Shown one piece after another: positions 22,411 to 31,176 of a stretch of DNA of 32,000 nt. A program made the translations under genes and the position numbers. The DNA is from Synechocystis sp. PCC 6803 substr. PCC-P (GTDB lineage: Bacteria; Cyanobacteriota; Cyanobacteriia; Cyanobacteriales; Microcystaceae), in contig NC_017039.1 of assembly GCF_000284455.1 (NCBI RefSeq), positions 1,440,001-1,472,000 of the forward strand, in the 5' to 3' direction. Position 1 is the first letter of the stretch, and each line of letters opens with the position of its first letter. The notes below the pieces were generated by a model that saw only the letters and a list, made by a program, of their open reading frames with translations, made no database searches and was not told the DNA's origin.

Positions 22411-23356
22411 TAGTCATTTCAATTAACGATGAGAGAATTTAATGTAAAATTATGGAGTGTACAAAATGAACAGGTTTAAACAATGGCTTACAGTTTAGAT
22501 TTAAGGCAAAGGGTAGTAGCTTATATAGAAGCTGGAGGAAAAATAACTGAGGCTTCCAAGATATATAAAATAGGAAAAGCCTCGATATACAGATGGTTAA
22601 ATAGAGTAGATTTAAGCCCAACAAAAGTAGAGCGTCGCCATAGGAAATTAGACTGGGAAGCTCTAAAAAAAGACGTAGAAGAAAATCCCGATGCAAGATT
22701 GATAGACAGAGCCAAGAAATTTGGAGTGAGGCCGAGTGCCGTATATTACGCATTAAAGAAAATGAAAATAAACAGAAAAAAAAAGAACTACGTTATCGAG
22801 AAAGAAACCGGGAGGAACGAGTTAAGTACTATAGAATGTTAAGAGAACTAATTAAGCTCTATGGTAGTCAAGCTATAGTTTACATAGATGAATCTGGATT
22901 CGAAGCAATCCAGGCTTGTATTTATGCCTGGTCAAAAAAAGGAAAAAAAGTTTATGGAGATAGACAAGGAAAAAGGGGAGTCAGAGAAAATCTAGTAGCA
23001 GGGAGAAGAAAAGGAAAAAAAGATTTGATTGCGCCGATGGTTTTTACCGGGAGTTTGAATGCAGAAGGCTTTGAAGGATGGTTAAAATTATATTTGCTAC
23101 CCTCCCTCGACATTCCATCAATATTAATAATGGATAATGCTCCTATTCATCGTAAAACTGCCATTAAAGAATTGGCTAAAGAAGCAGGTCATGAAGTTCT
23201 TTTTTTGCCGAAATATTCTCCTGATTTAAATGATATTGAGCATGACTTTAGTGCCTTGAAACGAGCTAGAATGTACGCTCCTATTGACACGTCTCTTGAT
23301 GAAATTATCCGTTCTTACTGTGGCGTTTAGCGTCTCAGCTTTATTTGAAACTACTA
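22411..23356 (+). mobile_element. IS630/Tc1-mariner type insertion sequence (ISY100-like), 946 bp
   Basis: Terminal inverted repeats match at 19 of 24 positions (left TAGTCATTTCAATTAACGATGAGA, right reverse complement TAGTAGTTTCAAATAAAGCTGAGA). Flanked by TA (22409-22410 and 23357-23358). Encloses a DDE transposase. Confidence 0.92.
22483..23330 (+). pseudogene. IS630-family transposase split by -1 frame change (22483..22842 and 22836..23330)
   Basis: The N-terminal HTH part is MAYSLDLRQRVVAYIEAGG.... The C-terminal DDE part has IVYIDESGFEA, ILIMDNAPIHRK and LPKYSPDLNDIEHDF. The frames join at the A9 run (22776-22784). This is either a frameshift mutation or a slippage-expressed gene. Confidence 0.85.
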
Positions 23357-23887
23357 TATTTTCATAAAACTAAATTCAATTTCGGCATTTTCTCCCATCA
23401 GTTCCGTTAATAACCATTGGCGATCACCAACTTTTTGGTAATGTTCTACACGATAACAGAATTGATCAATTAATAAGTATTCTTGTAATTTAGGGATAGT
23501 CCGGTAAAAGCCAAATTTCTGATTTTTATCAAAGCCCGCTGCTGAAGTGGAGAGGACTTCGGCAATCAAAGAGGGATTGGTCACCGCCATCTGACTATTA
23601 TCAGTAAACTTTGGCTCTTCCGCAATTACCATCACATCGGGGTAAAAATAACTTTCAGACTCAGCAATCCATAACCTCATATCGCTGACAAAAATTTCAT
23701 ATTGGCGATCGCCAATTTCTAGAGGTAATAAGCGGCTTAAATTAAAGGTTAAGCGATTATGGTTGGCGGAGGCTCCGGCAATGGGAATAATTTCTCCTTG
23801 GATAAACTCACTTTTTTCAGTGGCCTGTTCTTCCCGTTGCAGATACTCAGCCGCTGTTAGGATTTTAGTTGTAGCAACGACCATCAT
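23354..23887 (-). CDS. Uma2-family (DUF820) putative endonuclease, C-terminus altered by IS insertion
   Basis: EYLQREEQATEKSEFIQGEIIPIAGASANHNRLTFNLSRLL...MRLWIAESESYFYPDVMVIAEEPK...NPSLIAEVLS matches the Uma2 fold pattern. The stop codon (23354-23356) lies inside the IS terminal repeat. Confidence 0.88.
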   Translation of the reverse strand: MMVVATTKILTAAEYLQREEQATEKSEFIQGEIIPIAGASANHNRLTFNLSRLLPLEIGDRQYEIFVSDMRLWIAESESYFYPDVMVIAEEPKFTDNSQMAVTNPSLIAEVLSTSAAGFDKNQKFGFYRTIPKLQEYLLIDQFCYRVEHYQKVGDRQWLLTELMGENAEIEFSFMKI

Positions 23888-23981
23888 TGATCCCCTGTTT
23901 TATTTGGCTGATTCAAGTTTAGCTTTAACTTTTTGTTACTGTTTAATTTCAAAAAATTGTCCATTTAAGCACAGGCATATT

Positions 23982-26294
23982 TTAGGGTAACTTCGTTTTT
24001 GCCTTGCTCCGCCAACTGTGTTCTAGAAGTTTAAACTGCTGACCCAGATAATCTAGGTGGGGTTGTTGCTCTCCATAACGCCAAGCCACATAGGCTGTGG
24101 AAATTTCCACAATTATTTCTACCTGCTCTGGAGTTAGATGTTCCCGCAGGGATTGGGCAAATTCCCCTGGGGTTTGGGCTCGACTTTTGCGAAAACCCCT
24201 TTGCTCCAAGTCATACAGCAAAGTTTGATAAAGCCTAGCCATAGGATGGAGTTGGGCTAAGCGACGATATTGTAACCAACGTTTAGCCTGGGTCCAACCA
24301 AGCCAACCCAGAAAACCAGCGGCGATCGCCAAAATGAGTCCGAGTAAAGCGCCGCCCAAACTAGTGGAAATTAAATTCCAGAACCACCGTAAAACAGTGA
24401 CCAGGAATCCGGTAACAGCAGCCCAGACATTAGCCAGAAAGCCGCTCACCGGAGAAGGCAACCAACCGGCCACCCAACGCCAGATTTGCTGAAGCACGCT
24501 AAAGGTTTCGTTATCTTCGATGGAGGGAGGATAGAGTTCGTGGCCAGGAATGGGGTCGAACATAAACCAACCCAGCCGGGGGAAAAGTACCTCCGTCAAG
24601 GCGTAGGCATCGGTATTATGGACCAAATAATAACCAGTGAAAGGGTTAAACTGTCCGGGAGCAAAGCCCACGGTTAATCGAGCGGGAATGTCTAAACTCC
24701 GCAACATAATGGTCAACACTGTAGCAAAGTGGTCCGGCAACCCCCCTTCGTATTCAAACAAAAAGGCGCTGACCAAATCTTCATCGTCTTCAAAAAATGG
24801 TAAATCAGTGCGAATGCGGTAATTTTGCTTGAGAGCTTGGGTTAGGTAGAGGGAAATTTCATAGGGGGTTTCTAGGGGCCGTTCTGATTTAGCTAACAGT
24901 TCTTGCGCTTTAACCCGCACCGCCGATTTGATATCGGGGGGAACTTGGAGCAATTGGGGGTCAATTTTCACTTCCGGGGGAATGCGGTACTCCTGCAACC
25001 TAGTGCGATCTCGCACCGGCACTTCTGAAATCACTGTGTAGGTAATGTCTTTTAGCAAACCCACCGGCGATCGTAAACTGCCATTGCTGTCTATGCCAAC
25101 TTCCCTGGTGGGAAAGTATAAAAACCGGGGATGGTAAAGACTGGGAATTACGTTGGGTAAATCCTCCACAGCGGTATAGGTTTGCACCACATTTTCCGTT
25201 TCCAGGAAGGAGTCAATGTTATCCAGCACAAAACGATAGGACCACGGCGATCGTTCCACTGTGGTGATCTTCTCGTTATCACTAATTTCCCAACCCTGGC
25301 CCGTATAGCGGTCAAAAGATAACGCTTTCCAAAAACCTGGCGCTTGGGAACGTACCCGCAGAACTAACTGTTTGGTCATTTCCCCCCGTAAATTTTGATT
25401 CATACGGCTGTTGAAACCGTAGTAGAAGGTGTCGTCCACCTGGCCGGGTTCTGAACCATCTCCCTCTCCGCCGGTACCAGTGCCATTTCCTCGACGGTAA
25501 CCAGGGTTGTTGATATCTTGGTTTTGCCCCTCAAAAGTTTGTTGTTGCATTTCCCCAGGACTAGAGACGGGAAAACTTTGCAGTCTATAACCGGGAAAGC
25601 GAGGCATCAGAGCAAAGAGTAACAAACCGAAGGCCAGGGTGACCGCTAACAGAGCGAATAACTTTTTCGGTACTAAGGGGGAATATTCCGTCCGCTCCGA
25701 TCGCCTAGCTTTCTCTGCACTTTTCCAGAACGGTAGGGAAAATGGAATTTCTTCTAGCCCCAAACGAGAACGGTAATCCAACACCAAAGTGGGAATAGCT
25801 ACGGCGAGAAAAAGCAATAACCAGGGGGCAAAAGCGAGAGTTTGGGATAAAGTCCCCGCCACTCCTAAAAGGATGAGCCCAATCACCATGGAATAGCCTA
25901 AATCTTTCCGCTGAGGCAAATCAAAACTGTGCAATACCTGTAGTTGCACCAATAATCCCGCTAGGGCCACCTGGCTAGCATTGAGATTTTCCACCAAGTT
26001 GCCCAAAAAGACAAACAACATGGCCACCATGGCGATCGCCAGCAGAAATTTGAGGGCAATATTCTTCTTTTTTCTTTGACGCCAACTCCACCAAGAGCCA
26101 ATGACACTGAGGGGAATGGCCCATAAACTCCAGGTGGTTTGGGCCGCTACGTCTGTGGCCACAATGCCCACAATCACCATTAACTGCACCAAAATGCGGA
26201 AAACAATCGATTCCTCCGTTTTAGACTCGGGCAAGTTTTGCAGACGGGCTTGCCATTGCTCTAGCCAACGGGCCATGGGGAAGGAGAAAGTCAT
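23982..26294 (-). CDS. TgpA-like multi-pass membrane protein with transglutaminase-like domain and DUF4129 C-terminus
   Basis: N-terminal TM helices, then YEGGLPDHFATVLTIMLRSLDIPARLTVGFAPGQFNPFTGYYLVHNTDAYALTEVLFPRLGWFMFDPIPG (transglutaminase-like core), then a TM helix and a YVAWRYGEQ C-terminal region. The start could be 26276. Confidence 0.87.
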   Translation of the reverse strand: MTFSFPMARWLEQWQARLQNLPESKTEESIVFRILVQLMVIVGIVATDVAAQTTWSLWAIPLSVIGSWWSWRQRKKKNIALKFLLAIAMVAMLFVFLGNLVENLNASQVALAGLLVQLQVLHSFDLPQRKDLGYSMVIGLILLGVAGTLSQTLAFAPWLLLFLAVAIPTLVLDYRSRLGLEEIPFSLPFWKSAEKARRSERTEYSPLVPKKLFALLAVTLAFGLLLFALMPRFPGYRLQSFPVSSPGEMQQQTFEGQNQDINNPGYRRGNGTGTGGEGDGSEPGQVDDTFYYGFNSRMNQNLRGEMTKQLVLRVRSQAPGFWKALSFDRYTGQGWEISDNEKITTVERSPWSYRFVLDNIDSFLETENVVQTYTAVEDLPNVIPSLYHPRFLYFPTREVGIDSNGSLRSPVGLLKDITYTVISEVPVRDRTRLQEYRIPPEVKIDPQLLQVPPDIKSAVRVKAQELLAKSERPLETPYEISLYLTQALKQNYRIRTDLPFFEDDEDLVSAFLFEYEGGLPDHFATVLTIMLRSLDIPARLTVGFAPGQFNPFTGYYLVHNTDAYALTEVLFPRLGWFMFDPIPGHELYPPSIEDNETFSVLQQIWRWVAGWLPSPVSGFLANVWAAVTGFLVTVLRWFWNLISTSLGGALLGLILAIAAGFLGWLGWTQAKRWLQYRRLAQLHPMARLYQTLLYDLEQRGFRKSRAQTPGEFAQSLREHLTPEQVEIIVEISTAYVAWRYGEQQPHLDYLGQQFKLLEHSWRSKAKTKLP

Positions 26295-26351
26295 GGATGG
26301 ATAGAAAGGAGTTTGATGTTAACGAAATTGCGTTTTGTGAGACACAAACGA

Positions 26352-26725
26352 GAGTGATCAAGATTTTGTGTAAAGAGGAGAATTAAAGTGAAAAGCGTTC
26401 AGGAAAAAGAACAGCAAAATGGGAAGCAGCGGCTCGCCAATCTCGTATAGGGCGCTGCCATTTTTTAGTGATGTTTATCATTGCTGAATATGATAGCTTA
26501 AAAACAGAATCTTCACCGGGAAAAACGGATTTTATTTTGATAATCTTGCAAAAAGGGCTATTTAAGGATTCAATCGCATTGGTAGTGTAAATAACGCGGC
26601 TTATCTCCTTAGGATAGTCAAAAATGGAAATGACATGGTCCCAATGACGTAACCAGATTTGACTGATGGCTGGGTAGAAGTTATCCCATTTCTGAGAAAA
26701 AGCATCCAGAGCCGTTTCTGATCCT
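26352..26725 (-). mobile_element. 3' remnant of an IS256-family (mutator type) insertion sequence
   Basis: The minus strand translates to ETALDAFSQKWDNFYPAISQIWLRHWDHVISIFDYPKEISRVIYTTNAIESLN...KLSYSAMINITKKWQRPIRDWRAAASHFAVLFPERFSL*, matching the C-terminus of IS256-type transposases (internally disordered around SPFCKIIKIKSVF). The terminal sequence gagagtgatcaagattttgtgtaaa resembles IS256-family ends. Confidence 0.78.
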
Positions 26726-26731
26726 GACTAA

Positions 26732-26821
26732 AAAAAATGGACATTAGAGAAGAGCCAAAAATCAAGGAGAATGTCCCAATGAGTCAAAAACGAAGACGAA
26801 CATTTACAGACGAGAAGATGT
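26732..26821 (+). mobile_element. Possible 5' fragment of another insertion sequence
   Basis: tggacattagagaagagccaaaaatcaaggagaatgtcccaATGAGTCAAAAACGAAGACGAACATTTACAGACGAG encodes MSQKRRRTFTDE, like the N-terminus of transposase/helper ORFs. It is then interrupted. Confidence 0.4.
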
Positions 26822-27004
26822 GGCAACTCCGGCGACAGTGCCAGCGGCAATTGATGCGCCCCCCATAGCAGTGTCGGTCAAATCACTCAATTCATCCTTT
26901 TTCGACTGATGATTATGAGCTTTTTGTCTTTTCAACTTCTCTATTTCAAGCTCCAGTATTCTTTTTTGCCAAATGAGACGTTCTTTTTCCCTATTACTAC
27001 CCAT
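26804..27004 (-). pseudogene. Truncated small protein with charged coiled-coil and Gly/Ala-rich segment
   Basis: MGSNREKERLIWQKRILELEIEKLKRQKAHNHQSKKDELSDLTDTAMGGASIAAGTVAGVATSSRL. The last residues (TSSRL) and the stop come from the adjacent IS-like fragment. Confidence 0.45.
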
Positions 27005-27180
27005 GACATTTTCCCCGGTAAATCTATGAGCATTATAATCGCTTAAAGGTCTTTAGTATGCCAAGTAAAAAAAGATGTTTTTCGGTCTTTGGGCCGATGA
27101 CTTTTACCTGCCAAAGATTTTGTTACCGTTAGAAGTGAATTTGATCAACAATCGACAAATAAGGACGATCGCCAAAGGCT

Positions 27181-27987
27181 ATGTTAGAAAGCAAACTTGA
27201 AAATCTGCGGCAATTCTTTGGGGAACTAGACCGGGCTTTAATTGCCTATTCCGGTGGAGTGGATAGTACCCTAGTGGCCAAGGTAGCCTACGACGTGTTG
27301 GGGCAAAATGCCGTGGCTATCACCGCCGTTTCACCCTCCCTGTTACCGGAAGAATTGGAAGATGCCCAGGCCCAAGCTCAATGGATTGGCATTGCCCATG
27401 AACTGGTGCAAACCAACGAAATGGCTAACCCTAATTACACTGCCAACCCGGAAAATCGTTGTTATTTTTGCAAAAGTGAACTCCACGACACCCTTCAGCC
27501 CTTAGCTTTGGCCCTGGGTTACAACTACGTTATCGATGGAGTCAATGGAGATGATCTACGGGATTATCGCCCCGGTATCCAAGCAGCTAAGGAACGGGGT
27601 GGGCGATCGCCATTGGCCGAATTGCAAATTAGCAAGTTGGAAGTGCGGCAAATTTCCCAGTTATTGGGGTTGCCCTGGTGGGATAAACCAGCCCAACCTT
27701 GTTTAAGCTCCCGCTTTCCCTACGGCGAAGAAATCACAGTGGAGAAATTACAGCGGGTCGGCCGGGCAGAAATTTATCTGCGTCGTCTCGGCTATAACCA
27801 AGTCCGGGTGCGATCGGAACAAAATTTGGCCCGCATTGAATTGCCCCCGGAACAGATCCAACAGTTTGTACAGGATGTGTCCCTGGGGGAATTAGTGCAA
27901 ACTTTTCAAAACTTTGGTTTCCTTTACGTCACCCTAGACCTAGAAGGTTACCAAAGCGGCAAGCTAAATCGGGTTTTGACCAAATAA
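27181..27987 (+). CDS. larE: ATP-dependent sacrificial sulfur transferase LarE family protein
   Basis: PP-loop ALIAYSGGVDSTLVAKVA, the motif NPENRCYFCKSELH, and PCLSSRFPYG. It sits at the slr1717 position relative to comB/drgA/aspS. Confidence 0.85.
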   Translation: MLESKLENLRQFFGELDRALIAYSGGVDSTLVAKVAYDVLGQNAVAITAVSPSLLPEELEDAQAQAQWIGIAHELVQTNEMANPNYTANPENRCYFCKSELHDTLQPLALALGYNYVIDGVNGDDLRDYRPGIQAAKERGGRSPLAELQISKLEVRQISQLLGLPWWDKPAQPCLSSRFPYGEEITVEKLQRVGRAEIYLRRLGYNQVRVRSEQNLARIELPPEQIQQFVQDVSLGELVQTFQNFGFLYVTLDLEGYQSGKLNRVLTK

Positions 27988-28040
27988 CCAAAACCAACGG
28001 CATCCCAGCCTAGTTCTTTGGAACAGGGGAAAGCCCAAGG

Positions 28041-28829
28041 CTAAACCCAGCCCTGCAGTTTATAAATAACCAGCCCTAAATATTCCTTCAGGGCCATGGT
28101 GGTCATTTGCAGACTTTTGGCATCGGGCATCAGACCAAGGATGACGTTGGCAAGGTTGAAATTATTTCTGCCCAAAGGTTGACTCAAAAAGTCGGTGGCG
28201 GCGGGAATGACAATGATACCCAGTTTTTCAAATACTCTTTTGGCCCTGGGCATATGGTAACCAGACGTGACCAAAATAATCGTGTTTATACCCCGTTGCT
28301 GGAGAATTTTCTGGGTAAAAACCGCATTTTGCCTGGTATTAAGGGATTTCTCTTCTTTGATGATAGCTTCCCTAGGCACGTCCAACCGTTGCAACAATAG
28401 GGCCATATCCTCCGCTTCCGAGGTGGCCACTGTGCCCAACCAAGGAATCCTTCCCCCCGTGGTAATAATGTAGGGAGCTTTGCCCTCTTGGTAGATTTGT
28501 GCGCCGTAGATAACCCGATCGCCAGCTTCGGCCACTTCGGGAAATTGCCGGGGATAGGTGGCCTGGTAAAGACCGCCCCCCAAAACAACAATAACTGGGG
28601 CTTGGGGGAAATCTTCCATAGGCAGATATTGATACTCCAAAGTCCGTAGCAGGGCATCGCTAACCCAGCTATTAGCACTGACTAGTAAAATAGCCAGCGC
28701 CACCAGGGCCAGCCACTGCAAACCCAACTGCTGTCGCCAACTCCAAAAAATAATTCCCAACAGCAGTAAGGAAATTAGCCCCAGGGGATAGAGGAATAGG
28801 GGTAAAAGTTTGGAGAGAAAAACGAACAT
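28041..28829 (-). CDS. YdcF/ElyC/SanA-family (DUF218) membrane-anchored protein
   Basis: Two N-terminal TM segments and the DUF218 pattern VIVVLGGGL...KAPYIITTGG...SEAEDMALLLQ...NTRQNAVF...IILVTSGYHMPRAKRVFEK. The track start is 28847; ATG at 28829 is possible. Confidence 0.85.
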   Translation of the reverse strand: MFVFLSKLLPLFLYPLGLISLLLLGIIFWSWRQQLGLQWLALVALAILLVSANSWVSDALLRTLEYQYLPMEDFPQAPVIVVLGGGLYQATYPRQFPEVAEAGDRVIYGAQIYQEGKAPYIITTGGRIPWLGTVATSEAEDMALLLQRLDVPREAIIKEEKSLNTRQNAVFTQKILQQRGINTIILVTSGYHMPRAKRVFEKLGIIVIPAATDFLSQPLGRNNFNLANVILGLMPDAKSLQMTTMALKEYLGLVIYKLQGWV

Positions 28830-28874
28830 AACTGGGCAAAATGCCAACTAAATGACAATTTCTATCGATTTTGC

Positions 28875-29375
28875 CTAATCAATTAGGGAAAAGAGCATTT
28901 CCCCCCCACAAACCAGTTGTCCATCGACCCTAGCTTCCCCTTGCATTTTGGCAATGCGTTGCAGTTTAAAGGATTGTAATTCCACTGTCATAATTAGCTG
29001 ATCCCCAGGCACCACTGGCCGCCGGAACCGCACCCCATCAATGCCAGCAAAGGCGAAGAATTTACCCCGCATCCCCGGCAGTTGGGTCAAAATCACTCCC
29101 CCCACCTGGGCCATGGATTCCACAATTAACACCCCCGGCATAATCGGGCGATCGGGAATATGGCCGGGAAAAAACGGTTCGTTGATGGTGACATTCTTTA
29201 GGCCAACGGCGCATTTACCCGGTTGAAAATCAATGATGCGGTCCACCAAGGCGAAGGGGTAACGGTGGGGCAGTAAATCACTAATTTCCTGGATAGTAAA
29301 TTGGGTTTGGACACCGGCTTCATTGCCATTACTATCGCTTAAAGTGGGAGTCACCTCCGGAGTTGACATTGCCAT
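28875..29375 (-). CDS. fabZ: 3-hydroxyacyl-[acyl-carrier-protein] dehydratase FabZ
   Basis: [18 protein letters not shown] and [26 protein letters not shown] (hot-dog dehydratase signature). Confidence 0.96.
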   Translation of the reverse strand: MAMSTPEVTPTLSDSNGNEAGVQTQFTIQEISDLLPHRYPFALVDRIIDFQPGKCAVGLKNVTINEPFFPGHIPDRPIMPGVLIVESMAQVGGVILTQLPGMRGKFFAFAGIDGVRFRRPVVPGDQLIMTVELQSFKLQRIAKMQGEARVDGQLVCGGEMLFSLID

Positions 29376-29415
29376 GGGAAAACTTTTGCTAAAAATCTAG
29401 GACAAACGAAAATTT

Positions 29416-29595
29416 TTGAAAAACTTTGGCAAACCAGGTTATTCCCAGCAACGCTTAGTTAAGGTCCAGCACTTTGGCCAGGTTCTAGGCCCGATCGCCA
29501 CCGAAAACCAGTTTAAAGCCCATTGGGATCCCCCCTGGGCCATGAGCCCAGAAAAATTGGCCAATTCTTCTTCCGGGTTGGCCCACTACCGATAA
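29416..29595 (+). CDS. Candidate unannotated small ORF (59 aa, TTG start)
   Basis: Open frame encoding (L/M)KNFGKPGYSQQRLVKVQHFGQVLGPIATENQFKAHWDPPWAMSPEKLANSSSGLAHYR*. Protein-like composition in the fabZ-comB gap. There is no ATG and no homology assigned. Confidence 0.3.
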   Translation: MKNFGKPGYSQQRLVKVQHFGQVLGPIATENQFKAHWDPPWAMSPEKLANSSSGLAHYR

Positions 29596-29637
29596 GATGG
29601 GAGGGTTGTTCATTCCCCAAACAATCCGCCAAATCCT

Positions 29638-30363
29638 GTGGAAATCTTTGTTTATCACACGCCGGAATTAACACCAGATCAATCCTTGCCTGACTGTGCC
29701 GTGGTTATTGATGTCCTACGGGCTACGACCACGATCGCCACTGCCTTAAAAGTTGGCGCAGAAGCGGTTCAGGTTTTTAGCTCCCTTGATGATTTGATGG
29801 CCACCAGTGAATCCTGGCCGGGGGAAAAACGTCTCCGGGCGGGGGAAAGGGGCGGGGCCGCCGTGGCGGGCTACGATTTGGGTAATTCTCCCTTAGATTG
29901 TACGTCGGAGTTGATGGCGGGGAAAAGATTGTTTCTTTCCACCACCAATGGCACTAGGGCTTTGCAGAGGGTGAAGGATTGTCCTCAGTTGGTCACAGCT
30001 TCTTTGGTTAACCGGGGAGCGGCGGTGGATTACCTAGCCCAAACCCAGCCCAAAACAGTGTGGCTATTGGGTTCCGGTTGGGAAGGGGGTTATTCCCTAG
30101 AAGATACGGTCTGTGCTGGGGCGATCGCCAGCTTGCTCCGGGAAAAAGGCATTGATTTCACCGTGGGCAATGATGAAGTGGTGGCGGCCCAAAGTTTGTA
30201 CCGCCAATGGCGGAGTGATTTACTGAATTTGTTTAAACAAGCCAGCCATGGCCAACGGCTACTCAAGCTTGACCGCCTAGAGGATTTGCGCTACTGCGCC
30301 ACAGAGGATTTAATTGATATTCTGCCCAAACAAGTGTCGCCAGGGGTGTTGACCGCTGCTTAA
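29638..30363 (+). CDS. comB: 2-phosphosulfolactate phosphatase family protein (GTG start)
   Basis: [44 protein letters not shown] and GAIASLL match the ComB family. It sits at the slr1718 position. Confidence 0.9.
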   Translation: MEIFVYHTPELTPDQSLPDCAVVIDVLRATTTIATALKVGAEAVQVFSSLDDLMATSESWPGEKRLRAGERGGAAVAGYDLGNSPLDCTSELMAGKRLFLSTTNGTRALQRVKDCPQLVTASLVNRGAAVDYLAQTQPKTVWLLGSGWEGGYSLEDTVCAGAIASLLREKGIDFTVGNDEVVAAQSLYRQWRSDLLNLFKQASHGQRLLKLDRLEDLRYCATEDLIDILPKQVSPGVLTAA

Positions 30364-30441
30364 ATTCGAGAATTGTCTTTATATTTAAGTTTTGAGTTCT
30401 CTTCTCCTAATCATTTTCCTAGCTATCATTGCTAAAACACT

Positions 30442-31047
30442 ATGGACACCTTTGACGCTATTTACCAACGGCGATCGGTTAAGCATTTTGACCCTGACCA
30501 TCGTTTAACGGCCGAAGAAGAAAGAAAGTTGCTCGAAGCGGCCATCCAAGCTCCCACTAGTTTTAACATCCAACATTGGCGATTCTTGATCATTCGGGAT
30601 CCCCAACTGCGGCAAACCATCCGGGAAAAATATGGCAATCAGGCCCAAATGACCGACGCTTCCCTGTTAATTTTGGTAGCGGCGGATGTTAACGCTTGGG
30701 ATAAAGACCCCGCCCGTTACTGGCGCAATGCCCCCCGGGAAGTGGCCAATTATCTTGTTGGGGCGATCGCCTCTTTCTATGGTGGCAAACCACAGTTGCA
30801 ACGGGATGAAGCCCAACGGTCCATTGGCATGGCCATGCAAAATTTGATGTTGGCGGCCAAGGCCATGGGCTATGATAGCTGTCCCATGATCGGCTTTGAC
30901 CTCCAAAAGGTAGCCGAGTTGGTCAAATTACCCGCTGACTATGCCATTGGCCCCATGGTGGCGATCGGTAAACGCACCGAAGATGCCCGGGCAAAAGGCG
31001 GTCAAACTCCCCTGGAAGAATTGGTCTGGGAAAACTCCTTTGCCTAA
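30442..31047 (+). CDS. drgA: NAD(P)H-dependent nitroreductase
   Basis: MDTFDAIYQRRSVKHFDPDHRLTAEE, APTSFNIQHWRF and GYDSCPMIGFD. Nitroreductase family, at the DrgA position upstream of aspS. Confidence 0.93.
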   Translation: MDTFDAIYQRRSVKHFDPDHRLTAEEERKLLEAAIQAPTSFNIQHWRFLIIRDPQLRQTIREKYGNQAQMTDASLLILVAADVNAWDKDPARYWRNAPREVANYLVGAIASFYGGKPQLQRDEAQRSIGMAMQNLMLAAKAMGYDSCPMIGFDLQKVAELVKLPADYAIGPMVAIGKRTEDARAKGGQTPLEELVWENSFA

Positions 31048-31176
31048 CTAAGGTTTGGTGTTTAGCAATTTAGTGTTGAGTGGCTAATTGCTGAACCCGC
31101 TCCGACTCCCATTTAACGCTTACTTCTCACCCCTAACTCCTGCTGTTCAACGAAATTTTGCTTGATTAACACCTCT

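Noticed and set aside
31048-31176. Small ORF or RNA in the drgA-aspS gap
   Set aside because: No long open frame, hairpin or conserved element was visible by eye.
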